Positions 1 through 8,882 of a stretch of DNA of 32,756 bases are shown one piece after another; the stretch's first letter is position 1, and each line of letters starts with the position of its first letter. The position numbers were made by a program, and so were the translations under genes. Source of the stretch: a virus (lineage: Duplodnaviria > Heunggongvirae > Uroviricota > Caudoviricetes); IMG/VR virus record IMGVR_UViG_2541047689_000008; one strand, written 5' to 3'. The notes below the pieces were generated by a model. The model saw nothing but the letters and a program-made list of their open reading frames with translations, searched no databases and was not told where the DNA came from.

Positions 1-318
1 ACGCCTGACCACCGTTCCGCCGACCAGACTCTGCAGGTCTTCCGCCATCCCGGTGACCATGCCGTGCAGGTTAGAGACCGTCAGTGTCGGACGGGCAGCA
101 CTGCCCTTACCGTTCAGTTCAAATCCCGTCCCCTGAATGGGGTATGCCTGATACTGCCGCCCCTGCCAGGTGACCGGCTCACCTTTTTCGTTCTGCTCAT
201 TACAGAAAAAATAACGTTCACCACCGACCTCTGTCAGATCGATTTCCCAGAGCACCACCAGGGCTGACTGAGTAAGGCGTGTCGTCTCATGATGTGTTTC
301 CTGTGGAATATCCTGCAT
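1..318 (-). CDS. Minor tail protein L (lambda gpL-like); 5' part only, gene runs off the window start
   Basis: ATG at 318 preceded by AGGAGG (5 nt spacer). Translation MQDIPQETHHETTRLTQSALVVLWEIDLTEVGGERYFFCNEQNEKGEPVTWQGRQYQAYPIQG closely matches the recalled lambda L N-terminus. Sits directly after M, as in lambda. Confidence 0.85.
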   Translation of the reverse strand, partial: MQDIPQETHHETTRLTQSALVVLWEIDLTEVGGERYFFCNEQNEKGEPVTWQGRQYQAYPIQGTGFELNGKGSAARPTLTVSNLHGMVTGMAEDLQSLVGGTVVRR

Positions 319-327
319 CAGGGCCTC

Positions 328-657
328 CTATGCCACGACCTGTTCAAAATCTGCCGTTATGGTTACCCACAGCGCCCCCACGCTTGCCGACCATTTACGA
401 CAAACCACCCTGATCGGCCTCCAGTCATAAGGTGGCGTCCACTGAAATGCGCGGACGCCACCGTGCCGTTCCAGAAAGGCTTTTAAAGATGGGTGTTCAC
501 ATTTACGAACACGTATCGTCACGCTGTAAGTCGACAACTGGTTATTCAGTCCCGCCGCACGACGCTGTTCATAACCATCGCCCAGCTTCACTGTCACCAC
601 TTTCGGCTCTGATACCACATTCATATCCGGGCGCACTTTCCAGTGAAACGTCTCCAT
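328..657 (-). CDS. Minor tail protein M (lambda gpM-like)
   Basis: 109 aa, METFHWKVRPDMNVVSEPKVV...EQVVA, parallels lambda M along its length (recalled). Start ATG overlaps the H stop (TAATG). Confidence 0.9.
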   Translation of the reverse strand: METFHWKVRPDMNVVSEPKVVTVKLGDGYEQRRAAGLNNQLSTYSVTIRVRKCEHPSLKAFLERHGGVRAFQWTPPYDWRPIRVVCRKWSASVGALWVTITADFEQVVA

Positions 658-3600
658 TACCGATATGCTCCACTTAACCGACCACCATCACGGGCCTGCT
701 GTTGCATAAAGTCCGCTGCCGCTTTTTTCCCAAGGTCATAAACCACCTTCAGGGCAGCCGGACCTATCTGCCCGTTCGTGCCATCGTTATTGATCTCGAT
801 GTTGTACTGCGGGGAAAACATCGCCATACCTGAACCCCCAATATCCGCCACAACCCCCAGCTTACCGTCAGCACCACGACGCAATGGCAGAATGGCTTCA
901 GGTCCCGCTTCCCCCATCACACCCGCGCCTTTTGCAAAAGCAAAAAACGTCGGACGGTTAACCACCGTGCCACTGTAACGACTCAAATCAGCAGACTGAT
1001 AAATCCCCCCATTGGCATTCAGGGAAAGGCTGCTGAGATCAAATCCCAGTACACTGCCAATCCCTTTTATCGATTTCATCATGGTTGCCTGCGCCAGGAT
1101 TTTCGCCATATCTGACAGCACAGAAGAGGTGAAGGATTTGAAATTGAGTTTGCCGGTAGTGACAAAAGTTGCCAGGCCATTTCCCATGTTGCTGAAGGCT
1201 GACGAGAACACCTGTTCTGCTGTTTCTGCCGTATTATCTGCATCCACGGTAAAATCCTGAAATGCACGCAGGACTCCGTTTTTCCAGTTACCCTGCACAA
1301 CTTCAAGCTGTTGCCAGTAACGGCGATTCTCATTCAGTTGTCGGTTCAGGCTCTCCGTCAGCGCCTGCTCGGCCTTTCTGTAGTCATCCGTGTTATATGT
1401 CCCTTTCTGCTCACTATCCCGCCTCAACTGCTCCAGCTGTTGCTGGTATTTCTGGCGAAGACTCAGTTGTACCTGATATCGCTGTCGCTGCTGATCACCC
1501 ATACCCACCGTGGCGATATCCAGGTCATGTTGCTGACGCTGAGCGCGCTCTTCTTCAGCCAGTTGACTGGTCAGCTGAATTGTTTTTTTCTTCAGCTCGT
1601 TGAGTGCCGTCTGTTTCTGAAGCTCCTGCTGTTTTACATCCAGCAGCGTCAGTGCCTGAATCAGTTCATCTTTACGGGCCAGCACACTCTTTTCATCTGC
1701 CGTCAGTTTTTTCCCGTCCAGGTCGCTGATGCGCTGCTGCAGAGCCAGGAGCTGTTTATGCGCTTCTGTCATCCTTTCCGTGGCAATGCCTGCTGACTGT
1801 CTGGCAGCAGCAATCTGTCCTTCCACCTGTGCCTGTTGCTGACTGTACTGCAGCAATAACCGGGTGGCCTCATCATTACGGGTTTCGCGTGTTTTTTTCT
1901 TACCGGATGCCAGGGCTTTCTCGTAACGTTCATTTTCACGTTGTATCGCCGCATCCCTGACAGTCTGATCGGCGTACTGCATGGCATTAATACGCGCAAT
2001 TTCACGCTGATGTCGTGCAGCTTCCGTTTCATTCATCCGGTTCAGTGCAGCATTTTCAGCATTACGGCGTTTCTGTTGCTCCTGATAATTCCGCTCTGCC
2101 TGCTCTTTTGCATCCTGCAAATCCTTCTGGCGTTTTTTCTCCTGAAGATCGTTAAGACGCTGCTGATCGTATTCAACCTGAGAAGATGATGCCGTCCAGG
2201 GGAGTCTTTTCGCCCGCGACACTTTCTCCTGCAAAGTGGCAATCTGCGCATCCAGCGAATCTTCACGACCAATATTCATGGCCGCATCCCAGAACTGCTT
2301 CCACCAGTCAGACAAAGTTTGCAGCGTACTGCCCAGCGCATTGAGGTTATTATCAATATCCGCAGTACGCCGACCGGTTTCCTCTGCCAGTGCAGACATG
2401 GCTATCCGTGCCGCATCACTGGACCGCCCCTGCTCTCCAAGGACGCGTATCTGCTCAAGCTGAGTGGCAGTAAGAAAATGCAGCTCATTGTCCAGAGACT
2501 TCGCGGCATTTACAGGATCATCCTTCAGCCGCTTAAACTGATTTATGGTATCGCTGACCGACTGGCCAACCGATCGCTCCATCTGTGCGGCAGCTCTCGC
2601 CACCATACCGATATCGTTTCCACGAAATGCACCACTCCCCACCACCTGAGCCAGCGCACCGGCTGCAGCATGTTGCGTGATACCATTCCCGGAAATAGCA
2701 CGACTGAGCGTCCACAGCTGCCCGGCAGTGACTCCGGCATAATGCCCCGTCAGCGACAGCTGGCGGTTAAATTCTTCCCCCTCCTTCTGACCGTCATACC
2801 AGGCTTTACCCAGACCATAGACGGCCGCGGTAATACCGCCAATAACCCCGCCCAGCATCATGCCTTTCGGTGACATCAGTGTGTCTATCCATCCGGCACG
2901 GTTAGCCAGCGTTATCCCGGATCCCCTTAGCGCCCCTAAATTGCCGCGGGCCAGTTCACCTATCAGAACGCCTATCTCCTGGCGGGCCGCTGCACTTTTC
3001 AGACCCAGCGAATGCGTGGCTTTTCCTGCCCGCTCCATTTTGCGGATATACACTTCTGCAGCACTGCTTACCCCCAGCTGGGCAGCCCTGGCACGAAGCA
3101 ACTCAGAAGAAGAAAGATTCTGGCGGGTTGCCTGCTCTTTAAGCTGACGGATAAACGCCACTTTCTGTCGGGTAGCCTCTGCCTCAGCCTGCGTAAGAAC
3201 ACGGGTTTTCGCCGTAACCTCAGAAATCAGCGCCAGATAATCCTGCTGACCAATCCCGCCACTGTTTCTGGCCTGTCGGATCTGCTGCTGAATACGCTGT
3301 AATTCCTGCAGCCCCGCACTGGCCTGTTTCACACTGTCAATCTGACGATAAAACGCAGCAGCCGCTTTATCCTGAGCCTCCGCCAGAGCCATGGCCTGCG
3401 CCTGTTCCTCGCGCATTTTCTGGCTCAGTGCCTCCATGCGCTGGCGGGTTTTCTCCACCTCGCGGGCCATGCGTTCATGAGCCTGTGCGTTCTTCTCCAC
3501 CGTCTGCGCATGGACGGATGCGGCTGTTGCAGCCGAAGAAGCTGCCTGCGTTGTCTGCCGGGCGGCCTGAGTCTGACGCTCCATAAAACGCTGCATACGG

Positions 3601-3722
3601 GCAGAAGACCGTTCTGCATCGCTGGCTGCACCATTCAGAAGGTTTTTGATACGGGGAATTTCATTTTTAAACTCTGCCGCATCAATCCCCAAATCAATGA
3701 CCAGGTTGGCTATCTGGTCCAT
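657..3722 (-). CDS. Tail tape measure protein (lambda gpH-like)
   Basis: Long ORF, coiled-coil-rich (Q/A/E/R). C-terminus NDGTNGQIGPAALKVVYDLGKK...RDGGRLSGAYR matches the lambda H C-terminus. Start placed at ATG 3722 (MDQIANLVIDLGIDAAEF, aligns with lambda H MAEPVGDLVVDLSLDAARF) with GGAGG 8 nt upstream; the ORF-track start at 3752 is rejected. Confidence 0.88.
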   Translation of the reverse strand: MDQIANLVIDLGIDAAEFKNEIPRIKNLLNGAASDAERSSARMQRFMERQTQAARQTTQAASSAATAASVHAQTVEKNAQAHERMAREVEKTRQRMEALSQKMREEQAQAMALAEAQDKAAAAFYRQIDSVKQASAGLQELQRIQQQIRQARNSGGIGQQDYLALISEVTAKTRVLTQAEAEATRQKVAFIRQLKEQATRQNLSSSELLRARAAQLGVSSAAEVYIRKMERAGKATHSLGLKSAAARQEIGVLIGELARGNLGALRGSGITLANRAGWIDTLMSPKGMMLGGVIGGITAAVYGLGKAWYDGQKEGEEFNRQLSLTGHYAGVTAGQLWTLSRAISGNGITQHAAAGALAQVVGSGAFRGNDIGMVARAAAQMERSVGQSVSDTINQFKRLKDDPVNAAKSLDNELHFLTATQLEQIRVLGEQGRSSDAARIAMSALAEETGRRTADIDNNLNALGSTLQTLSDWWKQFWDAAMNIGREDSLDAQIATLQEKVSRAKRLPWTASSSQVEYDQQRLNDLQEKKRQKDLQDAKEQAERNYQEQQKRRNAENAALNRMNETEAARHQREIARINAMQYADQTVRDAAIQRENERYEKALASGKKKTRETRNDEATRLLLQYSQQQAQVEGQIAAARQSAGIATERMTEAHKQLLALQQRISDLDGKKLTADEKSVLARKDELIQALTLLDVKQQELQKQTALNELKKKTIQLTSQLAEEERAQRQQHDLDIATVGMGDQQRQRYQVQLSLRQKYQQQLEQLRRDSEQKGTYNTDDYRKAEQALTESLNRQLNENRRYWQQLEVVQGNWKNGVLRAFQDFTVDADNTAETAEQVFSSAFSNMGNGLATFVTTGKLNFKSFTSSVLSDMAKILAQATMMKSIKGIGSVLGFDLSSLSLNANGGIYQSADLSRYSGTVVNRPTFFAFAKGAGVMGEAGPEAILPLRRGADGKLGVVADIGGSGMAMFSPQYNIEINNDGTNGQIGPAALKVVYDLGKKAAADFMQQQARDGGRLSGAYR

Positions 3723-4056
3723 AACGCACACCTCCGGAAATACCTTCCCCAAGATGCATCAGTTCTTCGTCCGTTCGCTCCGGTATCCCGTTCTCTTCCG
3801 GTAAAAGGCTGAAATCAGCCACCGCAGCATCACTGCTGCCGGACACCATTCTCACGATCAATGCCTTCAGCGAGGCAAACTGCGCATCCATCCACACATC
3901 ACTGAAGCTCTGCATCCGGAAATAATCGCCCCACTCACCAAGCTCAGTGGCCGACATTTCCGACAGCATCCGCCGCCAGTCTGCCCGCCGGAACTCCCGG
4001 GCAAGCCGCATGACAAACTGCATTTCCCGCGTCAGGACTTTTCCGGCGTCAGCGCC
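3694..4056 (-). CDS. T segment of the G-T tail assembly chaperone fusion (-1 frame relative to G)
   Basis: This frame is open from 4056 and overlaps the last 8 codons of G in the -1 frame. Position between G and H is exactly that of lambda T. Shift-prone motif CCG GAA AAG at 4046..4038. Confidence 0.7.
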   Translation of the reverse strand, partial: GADAGKVLTREMQFVMRLAREFRRADWRRMLSEMSATELGEWGDYFRMQSFSDVWMDAQFASLKALIVRMVSGSSDAAVADFSLLPEENGIPERTDEELMHLGEGISGGVRYGPDSQPGH

Positions 4057-4418
4057 TCATGCTCATCATCCACGGCATTATCAATGGCCCCCATACCGCT
4101 CAGCGACAGAACCATCTCCGCCCCCGCACCCAGGGCATCATACGACCATGTTGTAATAACGGATGTGCAAAGCGTCTCTACATCCTTAGACTGATCCGCA
4201 TTCCACAGTGAGCGGGAAACCAGCCAGGCATTGATATCCATCCCCATCCGCAGAAAAGCAATCTGTCGTTCAGCCTCCGGCAGTTCTCCCTCCACGGCAT
4301 CAAACTTTGCCGTTCGCTGCTGAACAAACGTCAGATATTCAATTCTCTGCAGCCCGGACAGCTCACTGAGCACCACGGACTGTTTTTCATAATTAAACGT
4401 GTCCTGTTTCAGAAACAT
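4032..4418 (-). CDS. Tail assembly chaperone G (lambda gpG-like)
   Basis: MFLKQDTFNYEKQSVVLSELSGLQRIEYL resembles lambda G MFLKTESFEHNGVTVTLSELSALQRIEHL. Start chosen at the second of two adjacent ATGs (4418); 4421 is possible. Confidence 0.8.
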   Translation of the reverse strand: MFLKQDTFNYEKQSVVLSELSGLQRIEYLTFVQQRTAKFDAVEGELPEAERQIAFLRMGMDINAWLVSRSLWNADQSKDVETLCTSVITTWSYDALGAGAEMVLSLSGMGAIDNAVDDEHEALTPEKS

Positions 4419-4478
4419 CATGTTCTCCACCTGCAAAAAAGCCCCGCATAACCGGGGCAAATGATGAGTATCGTCCTG

Positions 4479-5222
4479 TTAACCTGCTGCGCTGACAGTC
4501 ACCGCAGTCACAGCCACAAAATTCCCGTCAGCGGTCATGCCCACAATGCTGACACTGCCCTGCTTCACGCCTTTTACCGTGGCCACAAGTCCGTTCAGGG
4601 TAACCGTGGCAGTCTGTGGATCTGACGAATGCACACTGATCGCTTTGTCACTGGCTCCGTCAGGTTTTACTGTAAAGGTCAGCGTGGTGGTTGCTCCCAC
4701 TTTTACACTGGCAGACGCCGGTGATACTGTCAGCCCGGTAACGCTCACGGTTTCAGTGCCTTCCTCTGCCAGATACGGACGCCCCACACCGCTGATTTTC
4801 ACAGTGCGGGTCATCACGTCTTTTGAGGCAATGGTTTTACCCAGTGAGCTCAGCCAGCCACGGAAAACATCAACAGTGCCGTTGGGATATTTGATACGAA
4901 ACGCGCAGACTTCACCGGAGTCGAACAACTGAACCAGTTTTTTCTGCCCGCTGTCACCCGGACGCCAGGCCAGCGTCGCCGAAGTATCACCAACGGATTT
5001 CTGCCCCTGGGTTGTCGTTTTCCAGTCTGCATCTTCATCATCGAGATAAGTGTCATCTTCTGCATCAGCGGTCATTTCGCCAGGTTGCAGATCCTTCACC
5101 ATCGCAAGACGCAGCCAGTCAGTGTCCGACAAAGGGTTCGCAAACGCATCGCCGTTGCCGGTATACATCCAGAACGTCGTCCCCGCACCTTTCGTCTTTG
5201 CCAGTGGATTTGGTGTGGTCAT
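4479..5222 (-). CDS. Major tail protein V with C-terminal Ig-like (Big_2-type) domain
   Basis: MTTPNPLAKTKGAGTTFWMYTGNGDAFANPLSDTDW...YLDDEDADW...NGTVDVFRGW parallels lambda V. Start at ATG 5222 with AAGGAGGTG upstream. C-terminal T/V/S-rich beta-repeat tail as in lambda V. Confidence 0.9.
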   Translation of the reverse strand: MTTPNPLAKTKGAGTTFWMYTGNGDAFANPLSDTDWLRLAMVKDLQPGEMTADAEDDTYLDDEDADWKTTTQGQKSVGDTSATLAWRPGDSGQKKLVQLFDSGEVCAFRIKYPNGTVDVFRGWLSSLGKTIASKDVMTRTVKISGVGRPYLAEEGTETVSVTGLTVSPASASVKVGATTTLTFTVKPDGASDKAISVHSSDPQTATVTLNGLVATVKGVKQGSVSIVGMTADGNFVAVTAVTVSAAG

Positions 5223-5232
5223 TACCACCTCC

Positions 5233-5634
5233 TTAATTCGTGTACGTGATCTGGTACGTGATTTCCGCCATCGCCCAGGTGGCCATCTCATTATCACGTT
5301 GATAGTTAAAACCGAGTGGGTTCAGGGTGTCGATGAGTCCGGAAAGTGCCGGTACATCATTCAGGGCCGGGAAAATGGTGCTCTCCATCCACATATCCAG
5401 CTCTGAATCCGGTGCCTGTGCCCGGATGAAGACGGCAATATGCAGAACAGCCTGCCAGTCATCTTCATCCGTCATTTTTCCGGTGTACTGAGCATCACTC
5501 AGCCACACCGCCACGGCAGGCAGTTCCTGCGCATCAATAAATGCCGGAAGCCCGTCAAAAAACGTGGCGCTGTCTCCACACTGTTCCCGAAGGCGTGCCA
5601 GTACGACCTGGCGGATTTGTGTATGTCGGTTCAT
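5233..5634 (-). CDS. Tail terminator protein U (lambda gpU-like)
   Basis: ATFFDG.P...PAVAV.L...YTG...W...LHI.VF..AQ.PDSELD.WMES pattern shared with lambda U. Start at 5634 gives an ATGA overlap with the Z stop; an alternative ATG lies at 5646. Confidence 0.82.
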   Translation of the reverse strand: MNRHTQIRQVVLARLREQCGDSATFFDGLPAFIDAQELPAVAVWLSDAQYTGKMTDEDDWQAVLHIAVFIRAQAPDSELDMWMESTIFPALNDVPALSGLIDTLNPLGFNYQRDNEMATWAMAEITYQITYTN

Positions 5635-6221
5635 CGGGTCAGCCATAACCTCAGTTGTTGTTTCAGTGCATACCCCAGCTGTTTCGGCATTTCCGCAGCA
5701 ATGATGTGGTCGCGGGCATCTTCAAATGCCTGTGTCAGCGGTCCGGACAGCGGGATTTTCACTACCTCCACAGGAAGACGATTTTTTCTTGGCCTGCCCT
5801 GATGGTCATGCCCTGTTGCAAAACGCGCTTCAGGAAGACGCCTCAGAACATGCCAGCGGCCATTCGCCAGTTGCTGAACAAATGCCCCCCGGAAAAAGTA
5901 TTTTCCCACTCTCAGTCCTTCACCAGCACGCCGCCGTGTTGTGTTCAGTTTGATGGCGGGCAGATTGCCCCGGTTAACGCGGATCCTGGCCGTCATTTTT
6001 CCTGACGGACTGGCTTTAAACACCCGGACACGCTGACGTACCAGTTTCAGGGGGATCCCTTTCACCTGGTTATCTCCCGCAACGGTATTCCCGGCAACCT
6101 GCCGGGTGGCAACCGAGACCGCTTTCTGTGCCACACGGTTTATCGCCCATGCGCTGGCCTGTGGCACCATACGGGTATCAAGGCTGTTCAGATTGCGGAT
6201 GGCATTCTCAAGCCCCTTCAT
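5631..6221 (-). CDS. Tail completion protein Z (lambda gpZ-like)
   Basis: MKGLENAIRNLNSLDTRMVPQASAWAINRVAQKAVSVA...GIPLKLVRQR...VNRGNLPAIKL...FVQQLANGRWHV...VVKIPL.GPLT resembles lambda Z (recalled). Confidence 0.82.
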   Translation of the reverse strand: MKGLENAIRNLNSLDTRMVPQASAWAINRVAQKAVSVATRQVAGNTVAGDNQVKGIPLKLVRQRVRVFKASPSGKMTARIRVNRGNLPAIKLNTTRRRAGEGLRVGKYFFRGAFVQQLANGRWHVLRRLPEARFATGHDHQGRPRKNRLPVEVVKIPLSGPLTQAFEDARDHIIAAEMPKQLGYALKQQLRLWLTR

Positions 6222-6232
6222 CCCACACCTCT

Positions 6233-6508
6233 TTACTCAATAAAGATCATTGGCTTACCGTTAAAGCGTTCATGCCGTGTGACCGTCCATTGTTGTCCGT
6301 CATAAACAACGCGATCCCCGCGCCGTGGGCGGTATCCCGAAGAAAACACCACCAGAGAGACCGCAGGTCCGGACAGAGCATTCAGCTCTGCCAGTGTTTC
6401 TCCCGGGATCACAGTCATATCGACATCATTAATCGAGGCTGTCTTTCCCATCTTTCTGACCGTGATCGCATCCATACGCGCTGCCAGCCGGGAAAAGGGA
6501 TCAGACAT
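6233..6508 (-). CDS. Putative head-tail connector / head completion protein (FII position)
   Basis: 91 aa ORF between the head genes and Z, co-oriented and tightly packed. Function assigned by position only. Confidence 0.45.
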   Translation of the reverse strand: MSDPFSRLAARMDAITVRKMGKTASINDVDMTVIPGETLAELNALSGPAVSLVVFSSGYRPRRGDRVVYDGQQWTVTRHERFNGKPMIFIE

Positions 6509-6824
6509 TGAGTTTTACCGGCACTTCTTCTGCACTGGTTCCGGCATCTGCCCAGACAACCCCGACCAGCGGATCAGAGCCGCTGTTAGTCAGCTGAACT
6601 TTTCCGGACTTCAGATAAACCTTCTTACCCGTTTTCATGTCATCCGTTTTCAGCTTAGGCAGCATAAACACACCTTCGGTCATGCCGTCGCCTGTTTCAC
6701 CCTGTGGAATATCGGTCAGCGCCACCGCAAAAACATCACCCACCTGCACCAGCTCTCCGCTGCTGATGGCTGCACTGGCAACAATCGCCACCGTTTTTCC
6801 TTCTTCTACAAAATTCTTTGCCAT
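6501..6824 (-). CDS. Small head-associated structural protein (possible DUF2190-type decoration protein)
   Basis: Start at ATG 6824 (MAKNFVEEGKTVAIVASAAISSGELVQVGD...) with GGAG 6 nt upstream. Lies immediately after the capsid gene. Family assignment is tentative. Confidence 0.45.
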   Translation of the reverse strand: MAKNFVEEGKTVAIVASAAISSGELVQVGDVFAVALTDIPQGETGDGMTEGVFMLPKLKTDDMKTGKKVYLKSGKVQLTNSGSDPLVGVVWADAGTSAEEVPVKLNV

Positions 6825-6910
6825 AACTGTCTCCGCACAGCCCCGTTCAGGGGCTGATTTCAGGTACAAAAAAAGCCCTTACGGGCCATCAGAGTTGTTG
6901 TCTGCGACGT

Positions 6911-8869
6911 TTACGCCGTACATTTCACCAGACCGCGGTGATCAACTGGCGCGACACCGGCGTCAATACGCACTTTCGTTGTCACGCCATCCACACTGAA
7001 GCCCTCCATCTGATCAATATATGGCGTATCCACACCGTTGAGATAAGCCACTTCAATCGTATCGGAGCCTTTTGACGCAGCCAGGTAGAAGGTGGTCTGG
7101 CTGTTATCATCAAGACGAGGCTCTGCAATAACGGTCGCAAAATCTTTCACCGGGTTAATAATACCGGCGTTAATGTCAGCCCCCTTGACACTTGAGGAGC
7201 GAATGACCTGGTTAGCAACAGACTCCATCGCCGTCGGTACCAGTACGAACGCAGGACGAATATTCAGATGACGCTCCCCCTCTTTCTGAACGCGCATCAA
7301 CTGGCGGGCTTTATCCAGCGATGCCACGTCCATTGCAGCGCTCTCCAGTACGTTTGCATGTTTCGCTTTATCGAACAGACTTACATTATCTGTGGAGATT
7401 TTCGGGTTAGACGTCAGAATGGCATAAACCAGATCGGCAATAGTGGATTTCGCCGCACGGCCCAGTTTCATCGGGACATCGGTCAGCATATTCAGATCAT
7501 CATTGATAATGGCCTGACGGGTGATACTGAACAGCTCGCCATAGGTCGCCAGTGCAATAGTGGCCTGTTTATCTCCGGTGGTGACGTATTTATATTCCGC
7601 CCCTTCACGCACCTGACGCAGAGCACTGAAGCCCCCCATACCCACACGATGGGCAATTTTAAAATCAGACAACTGACCTTTCCGCGTCCATTGTTCATAG
7701 GTTTCAGGAGCATCTTCCCAGCCCTGCAGAATGGCTTTGTTCGCAACATCCAGCAGAATATTACCGAAGTCAGACGTACTGTGGGTGAACGCCGCACCGA
7801 CCATCTGCATCGGGTTATAACCGGAAACCCCAATACCCCGTTCAGTCAGTGACATACGGGCATATTCACGCAGGGTCATCCCGTTGTAGACATTATCACG
7901 TTCGGTTTTTTCAAATCCGGCACGCGCCATCAGCGCCTGGCGGATCCCGTCCCCCACAAAATTACCGTTACCAGCATAAATATGAGCCGGTGTATTTTTA
8001 TTGGATGGCGTGGACTCGCGCCCCATCTCGTTCAACAGCTTTTCGCGGGCCTGCTCCAGCGAACACTCAGGATCGGCAAGACACTGAGCCTGCAGCGTCT
8101 GATAACGCCCGCCAAACATGGCAAACAGATCATTAATACCGTTTACACGCGCTTTTTGCTCTGCCAGTACCTGCGCACGGATACTGTTTTCATCCACCAC
8201 GGGTGCTGCTGCCTGCACTGGCGTCCGGGAGGCTGCAGGTTCATCATCCTGTACGCGTGGAGCACTGTTGCGTGGCGGAGTAATCATGTTTCGAATGGAT
8301 TCCGGCATCTTTTTAAATTCCTCTGTACGTTTTGACTGAATACATGCCATTGCCTTAACGGCTGGCGTCACCTGATCAGCAAATCCATGTGCCAGACATT
8401 CGGCACCGGACATCCAGGTCTCATCCGCCAGCATGGCAGCAATTTCATCGGTGGTTTTCCCGGTTTTCTGTGCATAAGCGGGTAACAGAACCGCCTCAAC
8501 CTTATCGAGCAGGTCGGCATAGGTGCGCATGTCCTCCGCATCACCGCCCGTAAAGCCAAATGGTTTATGAATCATCATGAAGGTGTTTTCCGGCATAATG
8601 ACCGGGTTTCCCACCATCGCAATGACCGACGCCATTGACGCCGCCACACCGTCGACATAAACGGTAATGGACGCACCATGTGTTTTCAGCGCATTAAAAA
8701 TGGCGATGCCTTCAAAGACATCGCCACCCGGTGAATTGATATGGAGATTAATGTGGGTGATATCGCCCAGTGCATTCAGATCACTGATAAACTGCTTCGC
8801 TGTAACACCCCAGAAACCAATCTCGTCATAAATATAAATATCCGCGTCACTCTGGTGACCAGCCTGCAT
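6911..8869 (-). CDS. Prohead protease (ClpP-like) fused to major capsid protein
   Basis: N-terminal part IYIYDEIGFWGVTAKQFISDL...INSPGGDVFEGIAIFNALKTHGASITVYVDGVAASMASVIAM...MMIHKP looks like a ClpP-type serine protease. Then a Pro/Ala/Gln-rich linker and about 400 aa of capsid-like sequence. Start at ATG 8869, just after the portal stop; the ORF-track start at 9130 would overlap the portal by about 250 nt and is rejected. Confidence 0.78.
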   Translation of the reverse strand: MQAGHQSDADIYIYDEIGFWGVTAKQFISDLNALGDITHINLHINSPGGDVFEGIAIFNALKTHGASITVYVDGVAASMASVIAMVGNPVIMPENTFMMIHKPFGFTGGDAEDMRTYADLLDKVEAVLLPAYAQKTGKTTDEIAAMLADETWMSGAECLAHGFADQVTPAVKAMACIQSKRTEEFKKMPESIRNMITPPRNSAPRVQDDEPAASRTPVQAAAPVVDENSIRAQVLAEQKARVNGINDLFAMFGGRYQTLQAQCLADPECSLEQAREKLLNEMGRESTPSNKNTPAHIYAGNGNFVGDGIRQALMARAGFEKTERDNVYNGMTLREYARMSLTERGIGVSGYNPMQMVGAAFTHSTSDFGNILLDVANKAILQGWEDAPETYEQWTRKGQLSDFKIAHRVGMGGFSALRQVREGAEYKYVTTGDKQATIALATYGELFSITRQAIINDDLNMLTDVPMKLGRAAKSTIADLVYAILTSNPKISTDNVSLFDKAKHANVLESAAMDVASLDKARQLMRVQKEGERHLNIRPAFVLVPTAMESVANQVIRSSSVKGADINAGIINPVKDFATVIAEPRLDDNSQTTFYLAASKGSDTIEVAYLNGVDTPYIDQMEGFSVDGVTTKVRIDAGVAPVDHRGLVKCTA

Positions 8870-8882
8870 CCTGAACCAGGAA

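Noticed and set aside
1311-1796. 161-aa + strand ORF (and similar ones at 1012-1603, 1941-2463, 2319-2873, 2860-3302) inside the tape measure gene
   Set aside because: They lie antisense to a well-supported 1021-aa tape-measure gene, have Leu/Gln/Arg-rich composition typical of antisense translation of a coiled-coil gene, and lack SD sequences.
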